Source of the DNA: Octopus bimaculoides | Lineage: Eukaryota | Length of the DNA: 64,000 bases | Assembly: GCF_001194135.2 (NCBI RefSeq) | Contig: NC_068983.1 | Location: 99,826,425 to 99,890,424 of the forward strand | Direction of reading: 5' to 3' | Shown: positions 10,979 through 23,637 of the stretch, one piece after another | How the letters are laid out: each line of letters begins with the position of its first letter | Numbering within the stretch: position 1 is the stretch's first letter | The notes under the pieces: model-generated | Databases searched by the model: none | What the model was told of the DNA's origin: nothing | What the model saw: the letters and a program-made list of their open reading frames with translations, nothing else | Made by a program: the position numbers and the translations under genes

Positions 10979-13733
10979 AATAGCTTGCAATAACTTTTTG
11001 AAGAAAGCTTCGAACGATGTCTTGATATGAAAAAAAAAAAGCACCAATTTTTTTTTAAATACCAGTCTCGTGTGTCATACTAAAGTCATTGGAGTAAAAA
11101 TTTGCTTACCCATTGTGAAAGTTTAACCAAAGACTGGTTAAACAGTCCTTGTATATATGAAAAAGAAAAACTACAAATTGGGAGGAATGTATTTTGGATA
11201 TAAAAAGAAAAGAAAATCCTGTTTGAAGTCCTAACAGAATTGGTTAAATATAAATACCATCTTATCCGTCTGTTTCTTTTTACATGTACGCATACATTCT
11301 TACTTTCTCTCCCTCCCACTCATCCTCTGATAAATATTTTTAAACAGACAGTCCGAGTGCTTTGATGTCCAAAGGAATTAACGTGATGATTCACAATTGT
11401 TATAAAACGATGACTGTAATAAAATTTGGTGAGAGACCTGGCTAGATTTTGTTTATGCAGTATCGGCATCAAACCCAAACTGTCTGAACTTCTGACATAC
11501 GAGTGAGTGGTTATTGGAATTTTTAATTAAGCAACCTTTTCCACAGGTATAAAATGGAAATAAAATATTGCCTTGGAGAATAAGAGAAATTACTGCATNN
11601 NNNNNNNNNNNNNNNNNNNNNNNNNNNNNNNNNNNNNNNNNNNNNNNNNNNNNNNNNNNNNNNNNNNNNNNNNNNNNNNNNNNNNNNNNNNNNNNNNNNN
11701 NNNNNNNNNNNNNNNNNNNNNNNNNNNNNNNNNNNNNNNNNNNNNNNNNNNNNNNNNNNNNNNNNNNNNNNNNNNNNNNNNNNNNNNNNNNNNNNNNNNN
11801 NNNNNNNNNNNNNNNNNNNNNNNNNNNNNNNNNNNNNNNNNNNNNNNNNNNNNNNNNNNNNNNNNNNNNNNNNNNNNNNNNNNNNNNNNNNNNNNNNNNN
11901 NNNNNNNNNNNNNNNNNNNNNNNNNNNNNNNNNNNNNNNNNNNNNNNNNNNNNNNNNNNNNNNNNNNNNNNNNNNNNNNNNNNNNNNNNNNNNNNNNNNN
12001 NNNNNNNNNNNNNNNNNNNNNNNNNNNNNNNNNNNNNNNNNNNNNNNNNNNNNNNNNNNNNNNNNNNNNNNNNNNNNNNNNNNNNNNNNNNNNNNNNNNN
12101 NNNNNNNNNNNNNNNNNNNNNNNNAAATATAGGGAAAAATGTTAACTGCCTCCATTTAATATGTATAACCTGATTTTTCTGTGTAATGTTTAATTTATAT
12201 TCTTCTACTTGCATCATTTCATAGATATTTTTTGTGATGCCCAGAACAATCTTCAGCTTGAAGTGAAATGTTAATTGTAGGTGACAAAAATCTTGATTAA
12301 ATTTTTCTTTCTCTTTATTTTGATCGTTTTATAATTCTGTTCCATATTTTGGTGTTTATGTTTAATGTACACAAGCCTACTTTACACACACACACACACA
12401 CACACACAACATACTAAATCTGTGATGGACACAAAATTAATTGATAGTTATTATTGCAACTAATCTTTCTAGTTTAATGTTATGTTTCCTAATATTTTAT
12501 CCTAATTTTGACATTGTATAAAATATTATGGTGTTTATGTTTAACTTGTGTTGTTGGGTGTGGCTAGTTTGTTTTTGCTCTCTCACATTCAACTTCATGT
12601 TGACATGAAAATCCCATACTGCAACTATACAACCAGTATAGTTGTCTACTAGTTTGGTAATTGTTACTCACACAATCATTAAAAAATATCTTCGTTAGTG
12701 CTAGTTGCGTTTAGGTTATAATTAGAGAATATTATGTAATGCCAAGCTGAAATAGCTCGGGAATATTTTCCTAATGTCTCTTATAGACGAATCCTTATTA
12801 ACGGCCGTAAACTCAAACGAGTAACAATTCAGACGAAACACAAATGTCGTTAAATTTACTTGTAATATATATATATATATATATTAATCGATGATTTTTA
12901 AGTGTAAAATATATATTTGACAAAGATAGGATTGTACGATCCAATATAGAAATTGACTCCTCTTGATTGTTCTTGTATAACAACGAAACAATGTACAATG
13001 ATAGCCCCTAATTGTTGCATTTTCCTCATGGAAAGTCATTAACATGGTTTACGTTAATTAAACATGAATGACTAAATCGACTACCTGTTGTATATGTTAA
13101 TGAAATTAAACAAAAATCGTGAAGCATAACTTGCGCAACACATCGTTCGTGTTTGTATATATTTTTTTTTATTCTGTCGCATAAACACAGTAAAAGGAGC
13201 TCAAGCAAATTGAAAGACAAAAGTTTAGGGTTATGCATGATACCACAGATGCTCCTTTTGAAAGTTACATGCAACATTTGTTTCGTCATCTACACAAGAA
13301 AAATCGAATGGAATCAGTACATTAGTATATTGGGTCAGATAATACCTTCCTTGTTAATTGTATATTTTTAAGGAATTATATACTTTACACATAATAAACA
13401 CGCTTAGTTATGCATATTCGAAGCATTTTTTTAAAGGAAAATTAAGTGATATTCGTATCTGTATTGTCATTTTTGTTTCTGTTTGTATTAAGGCTATTAT
13501 TATAATACGACAGATTACCGTTAATATGAAAGTTTGTCCATATGACATTCGGAAAATGTTTTGTTTTCTGTGAAGAAAACAGGTTTTTTGATAACTAAGA
13601 ATATAGTAAAATATATAGTTATTTCTGCTGTTTAAATGTTTTTCTGAAATGTATATTTATCAATTGACTTATGTATTGATTAAAAAATTATTAGCTTTCT
13701 CAAACGTAATTTACTTGATTATAACATTTGCAG

Positions 13734-13762
13734 GATACTAACTAAATATGCAGTTTTTCAAA
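13734..13762 (+). CDS. Candidate exon of an unidentified gene (ILTKYAVFQ)
   Basis: tttgcag acceptor, gtaaat donor; phase joins 15155. Confidence 0.3.
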
Positions 13763-14674
13763 GTAAATTCCCATCTAGTCTCTCTATGAGAGTCATATTA
13801 CTCTAAATTGATCTAGAGAGAACTTAAATTTCTGTGATTAAGTAGGAACTGGACCAATCACTTCTTAATTTTACCTTTACTCTGAAACACATCTTATGAG
13901 TGCCTGAATATTAGCTGTATTTCTGTGTGCTGAATACTCAAGATTGACCAGTCTTCATTCTGTGTAGTTTTATTCTCACTGTATTTTGTTCAGTATATTC
14001 ACCTCATGTCGTCACCTGCCATACATAATCATATATACTTGAGCCAGGATTGAACTCGAAACCATTATTGCTCTCCACAGGCTTTCATTGGCCCTCTGTT
14101 CTCTACAGTGTTATTGTCCCAAGTCTTATTGTTTCTGTAATAACCATGAAACTGTAATCAAAATTGTGTAAGTTACATTTAAGTTGCATTGATGGAAGGT
14201 AAACGTTCTTGATAAATTTATTATTTTCGTTATTGAAAAATAAATACCTGAGCAAGATTATGTAGATGTCAGGTCTCTTTTCAGCTAATTGTTCCTCAAA
14301 CGTTTTTTTTTTAAGCTGTTATCTCAAAATCTATGTTGGTAAATATTAAATGTATTAACCTATAATTCTATAAGATACCTAAGTGTTGCAAACTTCTAAG
14401 AATAAAGTTTTGTTTGAAAAAAAATTTGAATTTCGACAAATTAATACCCGGAGAAGGTTTTCATTAAGTTACTATGTTTACTGTATTTTACTGTTCTATT
14501 TTCATGTTTTGTAATTTTTTTTTTTTCTAACGTTCTTTTATTGATTTTTTTTTGGTTGATTTTGCAAGTGTTTTATGTGAATATAAGATAAAATACTAGA
14601 GTACTTTGACTAAATACTTCATGGCAGTGGTTCTCAACCTTTTCTGTTGCCCCATAGCCTGAGAAAATGTTTAA

Positions 14675-14875
14675 TCCTTTCACTGTGAAATTAAATTTCA
14701 TGTTTATTCCAGTTATGATGTTAAATACCCACCAAAAATAGAATTGGTATTTTCTGCAAGTCATGTTACCTTAGCAAACATGACATTCCTCAACAGATTG
14801 GTTTGTAAAATTGCCTACCACAGTTAATGTTAATGAAATTTTGAGTGGATATATCTGCTTTCCACAGTAAAAGGG
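14675..14875. mobile_element. piggyBac-type MITE
   Basis: TTAA|tcctttcactgtg ... cacagtaaaaggg|TTAA. Confidence 0.65.
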
Positions 14876-15154
14876 TTAATTTTCGCATTGCCTACAAAAG
14901 TAACATATTGGAAGTTGAAAGTCAATGTTGTAATAACTGTTATTTCTTTTTTAACCGAACACCATGTAGTCCTGTGAGTGATCAAATTAAACTCAAAACA
15001 CAAGCTTTTGACTTTGTAAATTAAGCAACTAAAACAACAGTAAACTGTAATTTCAATTTTAGTTGTGAACATAATATTACTGATTTCTTTATTCCTGTTT
15101 CTTATTCATGAATTTATCAAAACCTGGAACTTTCTTGTTGATTGCAATCCTCAG

Positions 15155-15223
15155 GTCTGCCTGGATTCAAGTCATTCCTAGATTTGGTTATGATTGACAA
15201 AAGTGAACTAAATTCAGAATCAC
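15155..15223 (+). CDS. Candidate exon (LPGFKSFLDLVMIDKSELNSES)
   Basis: cctcag acceptor, gtaaat donor, phase 1-1, stop-free. Confidence 0.4.
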
Positions 15224-15778
15224 GTAAATATACTTTTGCAAATGGAACAGAAGACAGTTCTTGGTTATAATCCCTATAAGGGCTAAATCTACATATGTAG
15301 AAGAATAGTTTTTTATGTACTTCAATAAACTAAAGTTATTTTTAAGAGTTAGTCAATGATTTTATTCTGAAATGCAATTATTTTAATAGCATGTTTCCCA
15401 CCCCCACCTCTAGATTATAGGCACTCCAGGTTGGGGATCACTTGCTTTAGTGTTTAATTTCATGTTTACATTCTTAACTCAGATTTTAGCAGAAGTTGAG
15501 TTTGCCTTATATATTTCTCCAAGCTCAAAATAAGTACCAGAAATATGATGGATCTAAAGCCTTTTATTAGCAATGAGAAAAAACTGATCTGAAAATGACT
15601 AATCTGGTATTGTTTGAATTCTGTTTCTGAACTACTTTTTGCAAATGTAATCAGTAAATTCCTTAAGATGTTTTGCTCCAACAATTAGTTATTTATAATG
15701 TATTATTTTAGTATATCAACTTGGAATCATCATTGGCTAAATGGAACTACAACTAATTTTTTTGTATATTATTGGCAC

Positions 15779-15810
<32 letters not shown>

Positions 15811-15812
<2 letters not shown>

Positions 15813-15967
15813 TCTGAGTGGTTGGCATTAGGAAGGGCATCCAGCTGTAAAAACTCTGCCAAATTTAGATTGGAGCCTGGTGTTGCCATCCGGTTTCACC
15901 AGTCCTCAGTCAAATCGTCCAACCCATGCTAGCATGGAAAGCGGACGTTAAACGATGACGATGATGA
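15811..15967 (+). mobile_element. RTE LINE 3' terminal fragment
   Basis: Matches 2018-2177; ends aaacgatgacgatgatga. Confidence 0.85.
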
Positions 15968-16635
15968 TTGGCATCAAACTTAGCTTCATTAAATTGTAGT
16001 AATCACATACTGTCAAGATGTGTCTATATTTGTTTACATGACAAAAGTTTAGCCTACCTGTCCATGTTAATACCTCTGATCTTTTACAACTTTTGTTTCT
16101 TCTCAGTTATAACTAAATTTTTGTACAATTTTTATTCCCCTACTCTTGCTGTTTGAGATACTCTTTGAGCTTGAATATATATAAGATACTTTTTCAGTTA
16201 CTTTCGGACCTGCACTAGATATCTCCAGTGAAATTTTTAAAGTTAGTGTAATAGCATGGTGTAATGTTATTTCTCCTAAAGGTTATCTACTGTGTATCAT
16301 TGACAAATTCTTTAGATTCCCTAACATGATGAAATGGCTCTAGTAGCTTGACGCTTCATTGGTTCTTTTATATTGTAGTGATGGCTATTTCTTGCATTTC
16401 TGAAAGGTATGAATGTAGTTTATGTAGATGTATGTGACATGACCCAGTAATAATTTAACAATGTTGCACTATTAAGTAGTAGAACACTGGATAGATTTAC
16501 TTTAAAATAATGTTTCGTTCCTTCCAGTTTTTAAAATTCTACTGAGGTCAACTCTTGTTTTGTTTTTTTATTATTTGAGGTTGATAAATGAAGTACCAGT
16601 TATATATTATTCTGTTTGTATTCCTTTTCAACAAG

Positions 16636-16670
16636 AGAAATGTCTTTCTGCCTTATCAAAAGGTCTACAG
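16636..16670 (+). CDS. Candidate exon (QKCLSALSKGLQ)
   Basis: ttccttttcaacaag acceptor, cag|gtatga donor; phase 1-0. Confidence 0.45.
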
Positions 16671-17540
16671 GTATGAGATAACAATAATCTCTCTTAAAAA
16701 AGAAAAAAGAGATTTCTTTGTCAATATTTATATTTTCCCCTCATGATTGTACATTCACTACTGTTTAATTGGCTATGCATGGTGTAAAATGTAGTTTCAT
16801 CATGTGGATTAAGGTGTGATTTAGATCTCACTGATGTCAAAAACATTTTTGTGATGTACAAAATTAATTTTCAATTAAAAAGATAGTGAAATCAAGGAAA
16901 ACTTAATTTTGCTGCTAGACATCTACTTGTATATACCAGTATATACTATATATATAAGTATAAACTATGATAATTTAATATAAAATGAATCTTTATATAT
17001 ATATGTGTGTGTGTGTATAATGTATATAATATATAAAATGTCATGTATGTGTTTATATATGTATGAACTATGTATATATAATATTTCATATATATGCATA
17101 TATATCTGCATTTATATCATGTATATATATATATCATGTTTATTGTGTATGTGTGTGTGTGTGTGTATATCTATATATATATAATATTAGGGATTTTATC
17201 CCTAATATTATTATATATCTATATATATATATCTTATAATTTATATACATATTTTTGTGTCCGCGCACACAACTTCAATGGTATTATATTGTGTATATTG
17301 TATGCTACCTCATGTACTCTTTGTTCTTAGATTTTTATTTATCTATTTATTTATTTCAGAATTCCATCCCTTTTGTACTGAAGTTGTTATTTTTATTTTA
17401 TTTTTTTTTTGTCTTATTTGTCAAGTTTCTTAATAGCTAGTGTTTCTAGCATCCAAGAATGTTACGGTACGTTTCTCAGGATTTCATGACAAACTGCTCC
17501 ACTTTTAAATATTTGGCGAAGTTTGTCTATTATATTTCAG

Positions 17541-17615
17541 AACTTTGAATTCTTTTTAGACATGCAACTGCTTCAAAGGGTGCTACATGTATCAGAATAT
17601 AAGAATTGTGTGATA
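17541..17615 (+). CDS. Candidate exon (NFEFFLDMQLLQRVLHVSEYKNCVI)
   Basis: tatatttcag acceptor, gtaagg donor; 75 nt, phase 0-0, stop-free. Confidence 0.5.
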
Positions 17616-18224
17616 GTAAGGTTTTGTGTTATTGATAACTGATTAGCCTGTAGGTATTATTTTTAGGGACAGTAAGTTTAACAACAGTTCCTTGTAAACT
17701 TGTAAAGTTCTGTAACTTGTCAACTAGATTTTTAAAAATTAATATAACTTCTTTATGGTGGTTGGAGAAATTGTTTTACCTCTCACAATTCCAGCATAAC
17801 TTCTAGTTTTGTCTATAGAAATTTTAAGTTGAACATAATTCTTGTTTTAAACTTTATAAAATTATAAACACTCTGTGTCTTGTTGTTATTTATTTAATTG
17901 TTTTTCATTTCAAATTCCATATGCATCTTTTCTATAAGCACTTTGCAATGATATTGTTATTAATTCTTTTTTTTTTTGTCCATTTTGTATCTGGCTCAAA
18001 GCTGCAGTTATATAATCAGAAGTTATCCATTTCATGTTGCCAGCCATAGTACCATGGAATGAATTTATATAAAATAATTTTAAACTTGTTTATTTTTTTT
18101 CCATTCTGTAATCCTTTCTAGTGACTTATTGACTAAAAGCTAAAACCAAACTACTGTAGTACAAGGTATACATACATATCAGTTGGAAAATTAGCTTTCA
18201 GTCTTTTATATCTTCTATCCATTA

Positions 18225-18640
18225 TCATCGACATTTTAGCATGTATTTTTCCATGCTGATGTGTGTTGGACTGACATCCTGTACAATATATTGCCAATTG
18301 CCTCTCTCTTGTAGTTTTTCTATGAGGCCCTGTGTCCTCAGATCTAATCTGACCACAGGTTCCTTAGTTTCCCTTTCCTATTGTTACCCTGAGTTCATGG
18401 CATATTTTCATTCAGTAGTCAATTCATATACATTATACATCCCTACTAGTGCAGTTGTTACTCTTGTGTTCTTTAGCTAAGGTCATTAACTTCTAATGTC
18501 TTGGCTCATTTGTGCTTTACCTTTATGTATGTTATCATCTATCAGTCATTGAACATGCGCATTTGATGCCCACATCTCTACTATTCAAATCTTCTTGTGC
18601 ATTCTTATGCAGTCTTTTCAATCATGAGAGAAACCCTTTG
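18225..18640 (-). mobile_element. Old RTE-like LINE 3' remnant
   Basis: Reversed (CAT)n tail followed by ccatgctg, as in the other RTE tails; heavily degenerate. Confidence 0.4.
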
Positions 18641-18774
18641 TTGCTGACAGGAACAACAGCTCCCTGAACTTCTAGCCCTCGTTTACCTATAGTTAGTATA
18701 TTTTTGCAACTATTGTCTGTCTAGTGAGTTGTTGGGTCACTTTATGGATGTTCCTACTGTTATTTGAGTTTTAG

Positions 18775-18776
18775 TG

Positions 18777-18821
<45 letters not shown>

Positions 18822-18838
18822 TCTCTCTCTCTCTCCCC
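18775..18838. repeat. (CT)n microsatellite
   Basis: Direct reading. Confidence 0.95.
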
Positions 18839-20339
18839 TGCACTTTAAGTCTTGGCCATGTTGCTCTTAGGACTAGTTTGTTTCATAGTTGAAACTTTTT
18901 TTTTCTGAAACCCTTTGATAAATGCTACTATTAGAACTAGGTCATTGGTTGTCTCATGACAACTAAGCCTTATTTTACAACCTAGAGGACTATAATAAAT
19001 GAATTAAAAAAAAAGTGGGTGGGGAATACAGAGTGAACACCTGCTTGTGTGCTAAACTGGTTACTAGCCCAACCCTTGCTAACAGCACCTGCATATATGA
19101 CTAGCTGTTTGTCAACCATACCTTTTTTTAATATATACTTGCCATATCAACAAATACAGATTTTTTTTTTTTTGTCTTGCTAAATTAGTGTATCCTGGTT
19201 TCAGAAAAGGTCTTTGCATGTGATAAGAGTTAACAAGAAAGACATCCATATGTAAAGCACTCAGAAATCCCAAGTGTGAATATAAGATGATGTATCTTAT
19301 GCAAACTAACACTGTCCTGAACTAATTTTGCTAAAAATTCATGAGTTCTCTATTATTACTTTTCATCTGTCTGTCTGTCTCAGTTGCCTTTGTAACAGTT
19401 GATATTGCTACCTCATTAATTGAAAAATTGGCTTATGGCTTACATAATCTGATACTACTACCAACATTGGCTACTATTTCTACTGGACCTGTTGCTTTCC
19501 TATCTTTCTTTCATAGCCTTACCAACTATACTGATGCTAACATTGACAACAGGTATCTCTGTTATCCATGTTGAGTAATTCTCCACTATCCAGCTTGTAG
19601 TCTTCACTAAAAAGACTATTAGAAAGAAGCAACCTTTCTTTAGCAGGCCTGTCCTTAATATGTGAAGATGTATGTGTCCAAGATAATGTATTAAATATTA
19701 AAGACAGGATGATCATGACTGGAACATCTTTGATTATAGGTCTGCTCAATCAAGGACAGTAATGCATTTTCTTTTAGATGTCACTAAATGTGTTTCAGTG
19801 TTGTTTGATTAAGATAATATCATCCAAAACACTTCACACTTACCATTCTCATAACAACAAGCAATTCTTGTACTCTCAATTAACAACAATCCCTCTTCTA
19901 CTCAATATCTTTAAACTTCATTCCATCCTTTACTCTATTCAATGTTTTGTCTCATTCTCTATATCATATGCATCTCTCTGATACTCTATATTGCATCTTC
20001 TTTCTAAAAGATGGTGTTTTTGCACATATAGAATCCCTATCACTTATCTCTTGTAAGTTCAAATGCTGTGTTTATCACTTTTCAAATTCCTCCAATCACA
20101 ATTGTTTGTACTTGACTATTCTTCATTGTGGACATTTATTTGGACATACTCTCTGAAATTATCATCTTGCTAACCTCTTAGTACTTGCATCCTTTCTACT
20201 TTAACAAAGACCCAATCATTTGCTAATTTTAACTTGAGTTTACATATATCATTAACTGACACCCCTCTTCAAAATACTTTTGACTGCTTTCTCATCACCA
20301 AAGCCAGTAATCAGTACAGCTCTCCTCATAAAAAAAAAA

Positions 20340-22550
20340 CTCTTGGTTTCTGAATTCTTTGGTACTTCAAGTTAGGTTGGTTCAGTGCCAATTCTATAGA
20401 AAATGTGTTTCACCCATCACCTGATATCCTTTAGCTATGTTCTTTGCTATTCCTTATACAACTAAAGCACTTAAACGGTTCACTCATTGCAGTACTGCAA
20501 GTTTTATAAGTAAAAAAATTAATGCTTAGATTGCAAAAAGTCACCCACCATCAACTCTTGGGAAGTTTTATCTGCTACAAGATGATGTCCATTTCCCTCT
20601 GCAATGCACAGTCTGCAAGCTTTTTCATCTCCCAAATTGCAACAAGGTCTCTCTTGTCTAGGTGGTCATAATTAGCAATGTAGAATCTGCCATTCCTCAA
20701 CTGAGATGATGGATAAAGTCATTGCATTTTCTACCCATTTCACTCAAAGTTCGTATGCTTTGACTAAATTCCTTTCAAACTCTGTTGTTCCTCCTTTGTT
20801 ACCACTATATAGACATGAGGGCCAAGTGTGAAAAAAAAACTCTTCGGAGCATCACCTCAAAAGCTTTCATTCGAGTGAATCTGATTGACACACAAACATC
20901 TTTGATTATCTTTCTTACCTTTAAACTGCCCCTATCTCTGCAACTTTACCCACATCCCACACCCTATGGCACTTCTAATCAACTAATTGCTTGGTATTCT
21001 GTCAGTTATATTCTAACTATCCCTGGCAGCAAATGTGCTTCATCCAAGACATTTAAGCAGGTGACCTGAACCATACTCTCGGGCATGATTTTCTACAATC
21101 AGAGCTCATACCCACTAAATGTTTGATATGAAGATGCACAGTAGAACCTCAGAACATACCCTACTGCACTTGTAAAAAAGAAAAAAAAAACAACTGGGTA
21201 GCTTTTTCTTTTCTTTTCTCCATCAATAAAGCCTCTTTGTGCATTACACAATTTGCACCGTATCTTGCTTGCCAATCTGCTTTTTTACCACTCCTCAGCC
21301 GTAATGATTCTGTAAGCAGTAATCCCAATGGAAGAGCTATGTTTTCTGCTGACTTTCCTTCACTATTCCCCTGTTCTCACCATCTACACATGTATCAAAT
21401 ACAAAAATACCTTCAGTTACTTCAGATCAACAACACCACTAACTCTGATGATATACCTTTAATTATCCTCAAACAGTACCTCAGTGCTAGCTTCTATCCA
21501 TTTTCTCTCCATACAGAAATCTATTTTAATCTTTAAAAGCATGCTACAATGTATCCATCTCCAAGTAAGCAACCTTTCTGATCACATGAACTATCAACTT
21601 ATAACTCTCTCAGCATCTTGGGAGTAAGGAAAATGGTTTTTAAAAATCATCTCAGTGACCACCAGTATAAATTCTGTAGAGCCAAACATACTGGGGATTG
21701 ACTCTCCTGTGTCAATCACCAGTAGTCCCTGGCCCTTGAGAAATTCAACAACAGCAAGACATCTGATATTGGCATAAAAATTTGATTGAACATCCTCTCT
21801 ATGGATTTTATCGGACCATTTTTTATTTGCTCAAAAGTGTCTTGTCAAATCACACCATTGCACACTGACGTGTCTCAGGGCGAGGTTATGTTGCCGCACA
21901 CCCTTCCTGTACATTAATGACCTGTTTAACATCACCCCTAACTAACCTATACAAATTAAGTACCCTTCACTCCTTGTAAACTTTTTGCACATGGGCATCA
22001 TTCATATGCATCCAAGACCTGCATGTACCTTGTTCAGCTTGCCTGTTTTCATGTGCAAAATTCTCAAAAACATTAAGCTTGTTTACTTCAACAGTACAGA
22101 TACTACATATATTAAAGAAACAATTTTCTACCTCAGCTTCCTAGTTTAGGACAACATGCAATTAAGATTCTCAGAGATCTGGTAAAATAATAGCTTTCCT
22201 CCTAAGAGCTAGAAAATACTTCATCCTTGGATAGCTATCAGCTCTATACTCAAGAGAGACCTGCTAGGGAATACTACTCTTACATCTGGAATGAAGCAAC
22301 TGTTATGAAAAAAAGCCATTGAGCTGATTAGCAAAGACTCACCAACATACTACAATTGACATTAGCATGAAAATATGATTAAACTTCCCTGTCTATAGGC
22401 TTTATCTGACCATTTTTTATTTGCTCAACAGTGTCTTGTCAAATCACGCCATTGCACAGGGATCTGTCTAACCTACACTCTGTCCACACTGATTTGTCTC
22501 AGGGTTTGGTTATGTTGTCCCATACTCTTCCTGTACATTAATGACCTACA
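20340..22550 (+). mobile_element. Degraded CR1/L2-superfamily LINE (RT region)
   Basis: LQINNTTNSDDIPLIILKQ (cf. L..NKA.GPD.IP..ILK), NYQLITL.SILG (cf. NYRPISLLS) and GVSQG...YINDL-like segments; many stops. Confidence 0.6.
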
Positions 22551-23280
22551 CTGGTTTCCTCTCTGCCTATTTTGTCACTATTAATCTCTATTCCTCAGGG
22601 CTGACTATCTATATACCTCTTCCACAAAGGTTTACCTTATACATCTATCTCTCTTCTTGTTATTCTGTATCTTTCCACACTAATATGTCCATTCCATCCT
22701 TAGAATCTCACTCTCCTGGAATTCTATTCCTACACATTTTTCTTGCATACTTTGATTTGCAGCACTTGAGGCTGAATACTGACCACATCAACCTGACAAC
22801 AGTTAGAACATTTGAGCCAGAGACATAGTCCACTTCTGATTAACACCATAAAAACAAATAGAAAAAGCCAGAACTTAATGTTCTATTTTCCATTATATGC
22901 ACTTTGTTTAAAAGTAAACTCCTATTCTCACTGAATTGTTTAATCTTTTTCTACAGGGGTCATTCCTAAGAAAGGGAACATCTCCAAAACTGCCTTGCAC
23001 TTCTTCCAACATTTAAAGATGATTGAAACAGTTGTAAAGATCCATCTCTTTCATGACTTTAAGTATGTCTCCCTCTTCAGTAGACACCAGTACAGTTTTT
23101 CTTTAGTAAAATCTACCTGAGACTTGCTTTCTCATCTTACACACCAGTAAAATATGACTAAAAGCTATGTTGTTCTTGACATCAGAAAATCCTTTAACTT
23201 TGGATTGTGAAATTTTCAGATGTGATCACCATCTGTCTCATTTCTTTCATCAGAATTTTCTACCTATCTACTGTATTACA

Positions 23281-23637
23281 CAGTGGAGGCGCAATGGCCC
23301 AGTGATTAGGGCAGCGGACTCGCGGTCATAGGATCATGGTTTCGATTCCCAGACCAGGCGTTGTGAGTGTTTATTGAGCAAAAACACCTAAAGCTCCACG
23401 AGGCTCCAGCAGGGGATTGTGGCGAACCCTGCTGTACTCTTTCACCACAACTTTCTCTCACTCTTACTGCCTGTAATTCAAAGGGTCAGCCTTGTCACAC
23501 TGTGTCATGCTGAATATCCCCGAAAACTACATTAAGGGTACACATGTCTGTGGAGTGCTCAGCCACTTGCACATTAATTTCACGAGCAGGCTGTTCTGTT
23601 GATCGGATCAACTGGAACCCTCGACGGAGTGCCAACA
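23281..23637 (+). mobile_element. tRNA-derived SINE family C, full length, with 11-bp TSD
   Basis: A box tggcccagtgattagg, B box ggtttcgattcc; actgtattaca at both 23270-23280 and 23638-23648. Confidence 0.9.

Larger units (their letters stand above)
14625..15443. mobile_element. Possible hAT-type MITE ends (cagtggttctcaacc ... ggttggggatcactt)
   Basis: Imperfect 15-bp inverted termini; no matching TSD, and the span encloses a candidate exon, so the two ends may be unrelated. Confidence 0.25.

Noticed and set aside
10355-11047. 230-aa antisense ORF over CK1a
   Set aside because: It is the shadow of the real gene's codon usage and has no recognisable motifs.
8958-11597. Foreign or contaminant contig carrying CK1a
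   Set aside because: The protein is a typical animal CK1a and the flanks are AT-rich like the rest; CpG retention is explained by a promoter. Not fully excluded without read-pair data.
16326-16403. Possible intronic C/D snoRNA (ATGATGA ... CTGA, 78 nt)
   Set aside because: The terminal stem is poor and I recognise no rRNA-complementary guide; such boxes are frequent by chance in AT-rich DNA. A snoscan/Infernal hit would revive it.
18122-18166. AG...GT-bounded segment resembling an exon
   Set aside because: It has stops in all three frames.
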